A stretch of DNA of 64,000 nucleotides from an uncultured Bacteroidaceae bacterium (GCA_934271655.1 CAKQRW010000006.1:2604-66603), one strand, 5' to 3'; shown: positions 8,729-18,254, counted from the first letter of the stretch. Program-made: numbers and translations. Notes: a model not told the origin generated them from the letters alone.

Positions 8729-9049
8729 CTACAGCTGACTGTCAGGCGCAGGCTCTATCGACAGCTTGTGCATGAAGCCAAGCGTGTCCAGTTTATTGAG
8801 GATGTTTTTATTCATGCCTCTGATGGTGTACACTGCATGCCGCGCCTTCGACACCCTGTCTGCCACGAGCAGGGCGCGGATACCCTCGTCGCATATGTAA
8901 TCCACATCTGTGCAGTCGAGCACATGGTTGGCTGATGGGGTGATATTGCTGACCAGTATCTCCTGAAGTTTATCAGCATCGTCATAGTCCACTCGTCCCG
9001 TAAGCCTTGCAATAGCTTCTGCCCCGCATCTTGTTAGTTCTGCTTTCAT
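8729..9049 (-). CDS. STAS-domain protein (anti-sigma-factor antagonist, RsbV/SpoIIAA-like)
   Basis: 106 aa with a typical STAS layout (IARLTGRVDYDDADKLQEIL...LDCTDVDYICDEGIRALLVA...IRGMNKNILNKLDTLGF). Confidence 0.75.
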   Translation of the reverse strand: MKAELTRCGAEAIARLTGRVDYDDADKLQEILVSNITPSANHVLDCTDVDYICDEGIRALLVADRVSKARHAVYTIRGMNKNILNKLDTLGFMHKLSIEPAPDSQL

Positions 9050-9319
9050 GTTATTTATTGTTTATGCTGCCTATTGCAAACGCGTCATCTTGCGACGCAG
9101 TGACAACAGGCTGCAGATTTTTCAACATAGGATTAGGTTTTATCTCATAAATGCTATATCCATCCGTTCGGATTGGTGTGACAAATTTAATGCGTTTTTT
9201 CTTACGATATTGACTTTTACATGGAAAATCATGCTCTTTTACTGACAAAAGGCTGCATAACAGCAAAATCAAGCATGCGTGATGACAACGGCGGCATATG
9301 TTGCCTCGCGCAAAGTCTC

Positions 9320-10582
9320 CTATGCCTTGCGGCATTTGATGAGCACATCGCCCTGTTCTCTCACCTTGGCGCCGAAGAGATACACGTCGCCCCCGTCCTT
9401 TATGCCTGTGCGGCTACGCAGTTGGTCGGCCGTGAGAATGAAGTTGCGCGTGGCTATATTGGCCTTCGGAATGGAGCGGCGCAGTTGCTTGAGTGTTCTG
9501 GATGCGTTCGGGATGCGCTCGAGAACTTCAAAGCGTCGTCCCGGGAAATTTTCTATCAGGATGTCGGCTGTCATGAGATGTGTCTCGTAGTCAAGCTGGC
9601 TTACCCCATAGCGCTCGCACAGGCTGCCAAAGGCCTGCGACTTCATGATGGTGACATCTGGCTCATACAGGTAGCGATGCACTCCGCAGTGACTTATCCT
9701 CACAGGGGCTGCGTCGGGGAAGGCGCAGTCAAAGCAGATGACTGTATGCGGCATGAAGTCCACGCAATGCATCTGCACGGAAGAGTCGGCCGCCTCACTC
9801 TCACTATCCTTGCCTTGTGCCTTGACAAGTATCTCTTTGCACTCATTGCGCACCCCTATGACATAGATATCTGTGACCCGCTTAAGCTTTCTCAGCATAT
9901 CAGATATGTCCACCATGGGAGACAGCTTGACGACAAGCGAACAAGCGTGCGCCAGCAGCTCGTCTTGCCACGCTATCACATTAGGTTCGCAATTCTCTAT
10001 GGCATACACGCGGCTTCCATCCACAGCACGGCGCGCAGGGTCGAGATAGATGACATCCACATCGGGCAGAGGCAGGTCACGGCCATCGCCACATCTGAAC
10101 TCATAGGCCGTGGCGGCTGCCGTATGGCCGCAGCAGGCGGCGGACGCGCCACCCCGCGACAGCCGACTCGCCAACGAAGCCATATTGTGCTCCGCCGCCT
10201 CGCAAAGGGCGGCGTTACGCTCCGTATAGATAGCCCGCTCCATGCCCTGCGACATGTACCAGAAGTCGACACCCATTCCTCCCGTGAGGTCGCACAGGCT
10301 GCGCCCCGTGATGATGTTGCGCTTGAAGCGTGCCGTCTGTTCGGAACTGCATTGCTCCGCTGGAACACGTCCGCTCATGATGATGTCGGCGTCAGAGTAC
10401 CACTCTGGCAGCTTGTCCTTCAGTCTGCGCCTTGCCTCTATCTGCTCCGACGCGAAGGGCACATCTATGCCCTGGAAACGCTTGGCCGCAAGAAGAAGAG
10501 ACGAGACATCATCATTGATGTGCTCCTGAATGAAATCCTTCATCTGCGGAGTCCATATTTCTTTTGTGATATTTCTTTCCAT
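9320..10582 (-). CDS. class I SAM-dependent methyltransferase (THUMP-like C-terminal region)
   Basis: 420 aa. SAM-binding motif I, LCDLTGGMGVDF. The antisense 488-aa ORF has no recognisable motifs. Confidence 0.7.
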   Translation of the reverse strand: MERNITKEIWTPQMKDFIQEHINDDVSSLLLAAKRFQGIDVPFASEQIEARRRLKDKLPEWYSDADIIMSGRVPAEQCSSEQTARFKRNIITGRSLCDLTGGMGVDFWYMSQGMERAIYTERNAALCEAAEHNMASLASRLSRGGASAACCGHTAAATAYEFRCGDGRDLPLPDVDVIYLDPARRAVDGSRVYAIENCEPNVIAWQDELLAHACSLVVKLSPMVDISDMLRKLKRVTDIYVIGVRNECKEILVKAQGKDSESEAADSSVQMHCVDFMPHTVICFDCAFPDAAPVRISHCGVHRYLYEPDVTIMKSQAFGSLCERYGVSQLDYETHLMTADILIENFPGRRFEVLERIPNASRTLKQLRRSIPKANIATRNFILTADQLRSRTGIKDGGDVYLFGAKVREQGDVLIKCRKA

Positions 10583-10732
10583 ATAGCTGTACTATTGCAC
10601 TTTTGTTACAAATATACATTGTTTATGCCAAGCGGCAAAGCTTTCATTGCTTTTTTTCATCCCTCATGTCATAGCGGCAACACTTGACTTAGTTTTTTTC
10701 ACATATTACTTGTGACTGTCAAAGAAAAAGAG

Positions 10733-10740
10733 TACTTTTG
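10733..10740 (+). promoter_or_regulatory. Bacteroidetes -7 box TACTTTTG (mnmG)
   Basis: Matches TAnnTTTG, 32 nt upstream of the ATG at 10772. Confidence 0.5.
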
Positions 10741-10771
10741 CATAAAGAAAAAATTCTTCATAAACAAGCAA

Positions 10772-12712
10772 ATGACATTCAATTATGATGTGATTGTGGT
10801 GGGAGCTGGCCACGCAGGATGCGAAGCAGCTGCAGCTGCCGCCAACATGGGAGCGAAGACATGCCTAATAACGATGGACATGAACAAGATTGCGCAGATG
10901 TCGTGCAACCCTGCCATAGGCGGCATAGCCAAGGGACAGATAGTAAGAGAAATTGACGCTCTGGGCGGATATACCGGCATCGTGACCGACAGGTGCAGCC
11001 TGCAGTTTCGCATGCTTAACATGTCGAAGGGACCTGCCGTATGGAGTCCGAGAGCGCAATGCGACAGGGCCAAATTCATCTGGGCATGGAGAGAGATACT
11101 GGAGAACATACCCAATCTGAACATATGGCAAGACCAGGTGAGGGAACTCCTGGTGGAGAACGGAGATGTGGCAGGCGTGAGAACATACTACGATGCCGAG
11201 TTCAGGGCAAAATGTGTGGTGATCACAGCCGGCACATTCCTCAACGGGCTCATGCACATAGGACGCACCAAGATACCAGGAGGAAGGTGCGCCGAGGCTG
11301 CCTCGCTTGAACTGACAGAATCTATCACCAAACATGGCATCAGGGCTGGCAGGATGAAGACTGGCACGCCTGTACGCATAGACAAGCGCAGCGTGGACCT
11401 CTCCCTAATGGAGCGCCAGGATGGCGACCACAGTTTCCACAAGTTCTCTTACATGCCCACGGAACATGCATCCGTGAGCGAGCGCAACAGCCTGCCTTGC
11501 TGGATTTGCTACACTAACAAGGAGGTGCATGAGACGCTGAGGTCTGGCTTTGCCGACTCGCCGCTTTACAACGGACAGATTAAAAGCATTGGCCCACGAT
11601 ACTGCCCAAGCATCGAGACCAAGCTGCACACCTTCCCTGACAAAGACGAGCACATGCTGTTCCTTGAGCCTGAAGGAGAGACAACAAACGAGATGTACCT
11701 GAACGGATTCTCTTCTTCCCTGCCACTCGACATACAGCTGACCGCCCTCAGAAAGATTCCGGCATTCCGCAACTTGCAAATATACCGCCCTGGCTATGCC
11801 ATCGAATACGACTTCTTCGACCCGACACAACTGAAGCACTCTCTCGAGTCGAAGGTCGTGAGAAACCTGTTCTTTGCGGGACAGGTGAACGGAACCACGG
11901 GATATGAAGAGGCGGCTGGACAAGGTGTGGTGGCAGGAATAAATGCAGCCATCAATGCCCAAAACTGCATTTTGGAGTCAGGCGGCAGCCAGAAATCATG
12001 CGACAGCCAGACCCTAAAACCTTTCACGTTAGGACGCAACGAGGCATATATAGGCGTACTCATCGACGACCTCGTCACCAAAGGAGTAGACGAGCCATAC
12101 AGGATGTTTACCTCACGCGCGGAATACAGGATACTCCTCCGCCAAGACGATGCCGACATTCGCCTGACAGAACGCAGCCACAGCATCGGACTGGCCTCCG
12201 ACGAACGCTACGAGATGATGAAGGCCAAAAGAGAAAAAGTAGAAGACATCGTTAAGTTTGTCTCTGGCTTTTCCCTCAAACCAACCCTCATCAACACAGC
12301 ACTTGAGCAACTCGGCACCACTCCACTCCGCCACGGATGCAAGCTTGAGGAACTCCTCGGACGCCCTCAGATAAGCATCAACAACATCATCAGCCACATC
12401 ACACCGTTTGCAAAAGAGGTAGACCGGATAATAGGCACCGACAACCGCAGGGCCGAGATAATAGAGGCAGCTGAGATTCTGATAAAGTACAAAGGCTACA
12501 TAGCCAGGGAGAAGCAGATGGCCGACAAGATGCTGCGTCTGGAGAACATCAGGATACAAGGCAAATTCGACTATCCCAACATGACGCAAATCTCTATCGA
12601 GGCAAGACAGAAGCTGGAGGCCATACAGCCAGAGACTCTCGCACAGGCATCACGCATTCCTGGAGTCTCGCCGTCAGACATCAACACGATGCTTGTACTG
12701 ATGGGCAGATAA
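10772..12712 (+). CDS. mnmG: tRNA uridine 5-carboxymethylaminomethyl modification enzyme MnmG (GidA)
   Basis: MTFNYDVIVVGAGHAGCEAAAAAANMGAKTCLITMDMNKIAQMSCNPAIGGIAKGQIVREIDALGG is a classical GidA N-terminus. The start is moved to the ATG at 10772, 32 nt downstream of a -7 box. Confidence 0.95.
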   Translation: MTFNYDVIVVGAGHAGCEAAAAAANMGAKTCLITMDMNKIAQMSCNPAIGGIAKGQIVREIDALGGYTGIVTDRCSLQFRMLNMSKGPAVWSPRAQCDRAKFIWAWREILENIPNLNIWQDQVRELLVENGDVAGVRTYYDAEFRAKCVVITAGTFLNGLMHIGRTKIPGGRCAEAASLELTESITKHGIRAGRMKTGTPVRIDKRSVDLSLMERQDGDHSFHKFSYMPTEHASVSERNSLPCWICYTNKEVHETLRSGFADSPLYNGQIKSIGPRYCPSIETKLHTFPDKDEHMLFLEPEGETTNEMYLNGFSSSLPLDIQLTALRKIPAFRNLQIYRPGYAIEYDFFDPTQLKHSLESKVVRNLFFAGQVNGTTGYEEAAGQGVVAGINAAINAQNCILESGGSQKSCDSQTLKPFTLGRNEAYIGVLIDDLVTKGVDEPYRMFTSRAEYRILLRQDDADIRLTERSHSIGLASDERYEMMKAKREKVEDIVKFVSGFSLKPTLINTALEQLGTTPLRHGCKLEELLGRPQISINNIISHITPFAKEVDRIIGTDNRRAEIIEAAEILIKYKGYIAREKQMADKMLRLENIRIQGKFDYPNMTQISIEARQKLEAIQPETLAQASRIPGVSPSDINTMLVLMGR

Positions 12713-12774
12713 GTGCCTCCGCACGATGCGCCCATATACATCCTTCCAAACTGGAGCGCAAGAGCCGCGGCGCA

Positions 12775-12790
12775 TGTTTCACGTGAAACA
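12775..12790. repeat. 16-bp perfect palindrome TGTTTCACGTGAAACA (downstream of mnmG)
   Basis: Read directly. It has the same core as the 36-bp palindrome at 13625..13660. Confidence 0.85.
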
Positions 12791-12921
12791 ACTTCGTCTT
12801 ATCGATTGTCAAATCAACAAAATAGAGAAAGCTGTTAAACCATTAAAACATGTGCATAACACCAGGCGGCTACATCAAACGAACAATAAACCATAAAACA
12901 ACATAACACTCACACAACAAC

Positions 12922-13461
12922 ATGAACAACGCCAACAGACAATACTTGACAGAGCATCTGAGAAGCATCTATGATTTCCCAAAGAAGGGCATCAACTTCA
13001 GAGACGTCACCACTCTCTTTAAGGACGCAAAGAGTCTGGAGATAATGGAACATGAGTTATACGAAATCTACAAAGACAAAGGCATCACAAAAGTGGTCGG
13101 ACTGGAGACACGCGGCTACATCATGGGTGCCATACTTGCCAGAAAACTCAACGCAGGCTTCATCCTCGCCCGCAAGCCAGGCAAACTCCCTGCCGACACC
13201 ATAAGCGAGGAATACAGCAAGGAATACGGCACAGACCACATCGAGATGCACAAGGACGCCATTAGCGAGGACGACGTGGTGCTCATCCACGACGACCTGC
13301 TCGCCACAGGCGGCACAGCCAAGGCAGCCTGGAAACTTGTGGAGAGGTTCAAGCCTAAAGCCTGCTACATGAACTTCCTTATCGAAATCCGAGACGAGGG
13401 TCTGAAGGGAAGAGAATTCATAGGCGACGGCATAGAGATCACCACCCTGCTGAATGTATAG
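12922..13461 (+). CDS. apt: adenine phosphoribosyltransferase
   Basis: 179 aa. IYDFPKKGINFRDVTTL and the PRPP motif VVLIHDDLLATGGTA. Confidence 0.9.
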   Translation: MNNANRQYLTEHLRSIYDFPKKGINFRDVTTLFKDAKSLEIMEHELYEIYKDKGITKVVGLETRGYIMGAILARKLNAGFILARKPGKLPADTISEEYSKEYGTDHIEMHKDAISEDDVVLIHDDLLATGGTAKAAWKLVERFKPKACYMNFLIEIRDEGLKGREFIGDGIEITTLLNV

Positions 13462-13624
13462 AAAGAGCGGTATGTAAAAAAATGGAGACCGGACTCTCCA
13501 TTCATAGAACACATCCGCCTCCCGCACGTTCCTGCAAGACCAGGAACACGCCTGTTGCACAAGTTTGCGCGCTTGACGAAGAGGTATAGCGCACGACTTG
13601 TTACAGGCTGATTTTTGAAGGTTT

Positions 13625-13660
13625 AGCGTTGCTTTGTTTCACGTGAAACAAAGCAACGCT
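13625..13660. repeat. 36-bp perfect palindrome AGCGTTGCTTTGTTTCAC|GTGAAACAAAGCAACGCT (between apt and uvrC)
   Basis: All 18 base pairs were checked position by position. The core is TGTTTCACGTGAAACA. Confidence 0.9.
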
Positions 13661-13749
13661 TAAACTAAGGCACTCAACAGACCAGCATGATGCTCTGGCT
13701 GAACACCTGCAGAAGAGGCACAAACCACAGAAGCACAGATATAGCAAAA

Positions 13750-15573
13750 ATGACCAAAGACAGCGAGCGACTAAAAAGACTCAAGACCATCGTGAACAGC
13801 CTATCCGAGGAACCTGGATGCTACCAGTATCTCGACAAGAATGGCGTGATCATCTACGTGGGCAAAGCGAAAAACCTTAAACGCAGAGTCAGCTCATATT
13901 TCAACAACTCTCCCAAGAACCGAAAGACACAGATTCTTGTAAGCAAGATTGAGGACATCAAATATATCGTGGTGCCTACCGACGAGGACGCTCTCATCCA
14001 AGAGAACAATCTCATCAAGGAGCACCAGCCGTTCTACAACATCCTGCTCAAGGACGGCAAGACCTACCCTTCCGTATGTGTCACCAACGAATATCTGCCG
14101 CGCGTGATCAAGACACGCAACATAGACAAGGGCCTGGGCACATACTACGGTCCCTTCAGCCACCAGGGCACACTCAACGCCATGCTTGAACTTATCGACA
14201 AACTCTATAGCGTAAGGCTATGCCACACAGACATCACAGAGGAGAAGATAAGGGAGAAGAAAGTGAAAAGCTGCCTGTACTACGACATAGGCAAATGCCA
14301 GGCTCCTTGCATCGGACTACAGTCAAGAGACAACTACATAGAGCAAATAGACGAAATCAAAGACATCCTGAGCGGCAACACACGGGCGCTATGCAAGAAG
14401 CTGCTTCAGGAAATGGAGGAGCTGGCTGAGCGCGAAGAGTTCATACAAGCCGAAGCCGTAAAGCAGAAATACATCATGGCCAAAGATTTCGACAGCAAGA
14501 GCCGTGTCATCACAAGCACCAACCAAAACATCGATGTGTTCAGCATCGAGGACGATGAGAACAAGGCATGGGTGAACTACATGCACGTAGTGAACGGCTG
14601 CATCACAAGAGTGTTCACAAACGAATACAAGAAGAGGCTGGACGAGACAAAGGAGGAAATCCTGGCTCTTGCCATCGTGAGCATGAGAGAGAAATACGGC
14701 AACAGTTCCAAGGAAGTTGTAGTTCCATTTGAACAGGACTTCCATCTCAACGGCGTTGAATTCATCGTGCCAAAGGCTGGCGACAAGAAGAAACTGCTCT
14801 TTCTCTCCGAATCCAACGTGCGCCAGTACAGGATAGACGCACTGAAGCAAGAGGACAAGCTCAACCCGGAGCAGAGAAACATCAACATACTGAAGGAACT
14901 CCAGCGCAAGCTCAAGTTGCCCAAGCTGCCCATGCGCATCGAATGCTTTGACAACTCCAACATCATGGGCCAAGACGCTGTGGCTGGCTGCGTCGTATTC
15001 ATCGGCGGAAAGAAGTCGAAAGAGAACTACAGGAAATACAACATAAAGACAGTTGTGGGTCCCGACGACTATGCCTCGATGAGCGAGGTAGTATTCCGCA
15101 AATACAGCCGTGCCGTCGACGAAGGCACGACGCTGCCAGACCTTATCATCACGGATGGTGGCAAGGGACAGATGGAAGTGGTGAGGAAGGTTATCGAAGA
15201 CAAGCTGCATCTCGACATCCCGATTGCCGGTCTTGCCAAAGACAGCCATCACAGGACCAACGAGCTGCTATTTGGCTTTCCGCCCATGGTGGTTGGCGTG
15301 GAGATGGACAGCCCCCTATTCCGTCTGCTCACGCAGATACAGGACGAGGTGCACAGATTCGCTATAACATTCCACAAGAACAAGAGGGCCAAGCACAACA
15401 CAGAGTCGGAACTTGACAGCATCAAAGGCATCGGCGACGCCACAAAGAAGACATTGCTCAAGGTGTTCAAGAGTCTGAAGCGCGTGAGAGAGGCTAGTCT
15501 GGAAGAACTGACAGAGGCAATTGGAGCCAGCAAGGCTAAGCTGATACAGGAGCACTACGGGCAGCGTTCATGA
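13750..15573 (+). CDS. uvrC: excinuclease ABC subunit C
   Basis: GIY-YIG N-terminus (GCYQYLDKNGVIIYVGKAKNLKRRVSSYF), UvrC length, and a C-terminal HhH region. The start is chosen at the ATG at 13750 (MTKDSERLK...). Confidence 0.93.
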   Translation: MTKDSERLKRLKTIVNSLSEEPGCYQYLDKNGVIIYVGKAKNLKRRVSSYFNNSPKNRKTQILVSKIEDIKYIVVPTDEDALIQENNLIKEHQPFYNILLKDGKTYPSVCVTNEYLPRVIKTRNIDKGLGTYYGPFSHQGTLNAMLELIDKLYSVRLCHTDITEEKIREKKVKSCLYYDIGKCQAPCIGLQSRDNYIEQIDEIKDILSGNTRALCKKLLQEMEELAEREEFIQAEAVKQKYIMAKDFDSKSRVITSTNQNIDVFSIEDDENKAWVNYMHVVNGCITRVFTNEYKKRLDETKEEILALAIVSMREKYGNSSKEVVVPFEQDFHLNGVEFIVPKAGDKKKLLFLSESNVRQYRIDALKQEDKLNPEQRNINILKELQRKLKLPKLPMRIECFDNSNIMGQDAVAGCVVFIGGKKSKENYRKYNIKTVVGPDDYASMSEVVFRKYSRAVDEGTTLPDLIITDGGKGQMEVVRKVIEDKLHLDIPIAGLAKDSHHRTNELLFGFPPMVVGVEMDSPLFRLLTQIQDEVHRFAITFHKNKRAKHNTESELDSIKGIGDATKKTLLKVFKSLKRVREASLEELTEAIGASKAKLIQEHYGQRS

Positions 15574-15729
15574 TAAGAGCACACGCCACGATTCCATCAA
15601 TACATTTATTCAAGAACACAAATATTCATTATTCATACAGACAACAAGAATACATAGATTCAAGCTACACGAACATTCAAACCACACGTACATACAAGCT
15701 ACACATACAACAACCATACATACATTCAA

Positions 15730-16182
15730 ATGAGAGCAGTTATACAAAGAGTGACACACGCTTCTGTCACTATAGGCGACGAAGTGAAATCAAAGATAGG
15801 CAATGGCTATCTCATCCTGTTGGGATGTGAGAATGCCGATACAGAAGAAGACATACAATGGCTGGCAAAGAAGATTTGCGGATTGAGAGTCTTTGACGAT
15901 GACAACGGAGTGATGAACAGGTCTATCATGGAAACAGGCGGAGACGCCATTGTAGTGAGCCAATTCACCCTATGGGCGAGCTATAAGAAAGGCAACAGAC
16001 CATCGTATCTGAGAGCTGGCAGCCATGAAGTGACCAAGCCTCTCTACGAGCGTTTCTGCGCCGTGCTGTCAGAACATCTTGGCAAACCTGTAGGCACAGG
16101 GGAATTTGGAGCATACATGAAGGTGGATCTGCTCAACGACGGCCCTGTCACCATATGCATGGACACGAAAAACAAAGAATAA
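15730..16182 (+). CDS. dtd: D-aminoacyl-tRNA deacylase
   Basis: 150 aa. MRAVIQRVTHASVTIG...ILLG...SQFTLWA...GNRPSY, the typical Dtd signature. Confidence 0.92.
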   Translation: MRAVIQRVTHASVTIGDEVKSKIGNGYLILLGCENADTEEDIQWLAKKICGLRVFDDDNGVMNRSIMETGGDAIVVSQFTLWASYKKGNRPSYLRAGSHEVTKPLYERFCAVLSEHLGKPVGTGEFGAYMKVDLLNDGPVTICMDTKNKE

Positions 16183-16188
16183 ATAACT

Positions 16189-17076
16189 ATGGAAGAAAAC
16201 AAGTATTTTAAAGCCCTAAGCCAGTATGATACTGACCTGGACGACGACAAGGTGAAAAGACAGACAGAGCTCCTGCTCAGCAAGCACCTCAAGGAGAATG
16301 ACACAAGAGACGTGAAGCTTTTTCTCCTCAACAGCGTTGAATTGACTTCCCTAAAGACAACAGACAATGAAGACAGCATACTGCGCTTTGTAGAGAAGGT
16401 GAACAAGTTTGACGACGTTTACCCAGAATTAGGACACGTGGCTACCGTATGCGTCTATCCCAACTATGCAAAAGTATGCCATGACGCACTTGAAAACGAG
16501 GATGTAGAGATAGCATGCGTGGCAGGCTCATTCCCTTCGTCACAAACATTCATGGAAGTGAAGGTAGCCGAGACAGCACTTGCCATCAGCGAGGGCGCCA
16601 CAGAGATTGACATCGTGATGCCTGTGGGCAAGTTCCTCAATGGCGACTATGAGGGCATGTGCGATGAAATCGAAGAAATAAAGAACGTGTGCGGCGAGAA
16701 GCCTCTGAAAGTCATTCTGGAGACAGGATGCCTGAAGACTGCCTCCAACATCAAAAAAGCCAGCATACTGGCCATGTACGCTGGAGCAGACTATATCAAG
16801 ACATCAACAGGCAAACTCAATCCTGCAGCCACTCCAGAGGCCGCCCTGGTGATGTGCCAAGCCATCAAGGAGTATTACGATACTACTGGCATACAGATAG
16901 GATTCAAGCCTGCAGGTGGACTGAAGACTGTAGAGGACGCACTCGCCTACTATACCATAGTAAAGCAGGTGCTTGGAGAGAAATGGCTCACGAATAAGTG
17001 GTTCAGACTGGGCACAAGCTCGCTTGCCAACAAGCTCCTCTCAGATATAAAGGGAGAAGAAGTGAAATTCTTCTGA
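16189..17076 (+). CDS. deoC: deoxyribose-phosphate aldolase (long form)
   Basis: 295 aa. DeoC-like TIM-barrel motifs (ATVCVYPNY, EIDIVMPVG, ADYIKTSTGK containing the Schiff-base Lys, FKPAGG). Confidence 0.85.
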   Translation: MEENKYFKALSQYDTDLDDDKVKRQTELLLSKHLKENDTRDVKLFLLNSVELTSLKTTDNEDSILRFVEKVNKFDDVYPELGHVATVCVYPNYAKVCHDALENEDVEIACVAGSFPSSQTFMEVKVAETALAISEGATEIDIVMPVGKFLNGDYEGMCDEIEEIKNVCGEKPLKVILETGCLKTASNIKKASILAMYAGADYIKTSTGKLNPAATPEAALVMCQAIKEYYDTTGIQIGFKPAGGLKTVEDALAYYTIVKQVLGEKWLTNKWFRLGTSSLANKLLSDIKGEEVKFF

Positions 17077-17233
17077 TGGCCAGCCGCAAAAGAACTCAGC
17101 TTCGCCCTACCGTTATACTTTTCATAAGAAACGCAAGACTGTTTCGCTTGTCTATTGTAAGAGACAAGCATCCTACCGTTATACATTTCAGAAGAAATGG
17201 CAACCGCCATTTCCATACTGTCCATAAAATCAA

Positions 17234-17264
17234 ATTCCCCTGGCAGCATGGCTGCCAGGGGAAT
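17234..17264. terminator. bidirectional hairpin terminator between convergent deoC and the polyprenyl synthase gene
   Basis: ATTCCCCTGGCAGC-ATG-GCTGCCAGGGGAAT, a 14-bp perfect stem. Confidence 0.6.
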
Positions 17265-17276
17265 CTGCATATTGTG

Positions 17277-18254
17277 CTATAGTATTCTTTTTATCGCATA
17301 ATCAACATATAATAAGAGAGAAGCCTTTGCCTCCGAATCAGGATAGCCCTCAAGCAGAGACTTGGCCTTCATAGCGTAATCATCCATCACCTTAACAGCA
17401 TACTCTATGCCGCCATTGACCTTGGTGAAAGCCACAAGCTCATCAATCATGTCTTGTGACGCATCGCCCATCTTCACCTTGTGCGCTATATCCATCATAC
17501 GCTCGTCATCAGCAGTAAGAAGAGCGTATATGACAGGAAGAGTAAGCTTGCCCTCCTTCATGTCGTTGCCAGTAGGCTTGCCTATAGAAGCGTCATCACT
17601 GTAGTCAAAGATGTCATCACGTATCTGGAAGCATATGCCTATGTACTCACCCAGCATTTTCATGCGCTCCGCATCGGTTTCATCAGCAGAAACAGACAAT
17701 GCCCCAGCCTCTGCACATGCCGAGAAGAGAGCCGCTGTCTTATTCCTTATTATGTCAAAATACACAGCCTCTGAGATGTCCTGATTGTTCACATTGTCAA
17801 GCTGAAGAATTTCCCCGCTTGCAAGATTCTGCGCCGCCCTTGACACGATGCCCACAAGGCGCAGACTTCCTGCTCTTGAAGCGCACAAGAGGGCATTGGC
17901 CAACAGATAGTCTCCCACCAGCACAGCCACCTTGTTGCCATAAGCGCAATTGACCGACTTCTGCCCTCTGCGCTCCTCACTTTCGTCGACTATGTCGTCG
18001 TGAACCAGACTGGCCGTATGGAAGTACTCGAAAGTGGCTGCTGTATAAAGAGACTTTTCCGCAATTTCGCCACCCAGCAGCTTAGACACAAGAAGTGTGA
18101 GCATAGGCCGCATCATCTTCCCCTTCCTTTCGCTGATAGCCTTGAACACCTCACGCAACAAAGGATCTGAGTGGTTCAGGTAACTGTCAAAGAGTACTCT
18201 GTACCTCTCCATATCAGCCTCTATCGGCTTTCTTATTTGACGAATGATTTCCAT
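17277..18254 (-). CDS. polyprenyl diphosphate synthase (octaprenyl/IspB-like)
   Basis: 325 aa. Both aspartate-rich motifs are present (LVHDDIVDESEERRG and FQIRDDIFDY). Confidence 0.9.
   Translation of the reverse strand: MEIIRQIRKPIEADMERYRVLFDSYLNHSDPLLREVFKAISERKGKMMRPMLTLLVSKLLGGEIAEKSLYTAATFEYFHTASLVHDDIVDESEERRGQKSVNCAYGNKVAVLVGDYLLANALLCASRAGSLRLVGIVSRAAQNLASGEILQLDNVNNQDISEAVYFDIIRNKTAALFSACAEAGALSVSADETDAERMKMLGEYIGICFQIRDDIFDYSDDASIGKPTGNDMKEGKLTLPVIYALLTADDERMMDIAHKVKMGDASQDMIDELVAFTKVNGGIEYAVKVMDDYAMKAKSLLEGYPDSEAKASLLLYVDYAIKRIL

Noticed and set aside
9221-10687. 488-aa plus-strand ORF
   Set aside because: It is antisense to the SAM-dependent methyltransferase, which has SAM motif I (DLTGGMGVD). 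The ORF is Arg/Ala/His-rich and shadow-like, with no motifs.
10583-10771. oriC next to mnmG/gidA, as in Proteobacteria
   Set aside because: The spacer is short, has no DnaA-box-like 9-mers, and simply holds divergent promoter elements.
14389-15252. 287-aa minus-strand ORF (also 5727..6587 plus and 43497..44240 plus)
   Set aside because: They are antisense shadows of uvrC, the PP2C phosphatase and groEL respectively, each of which is confidently identified.
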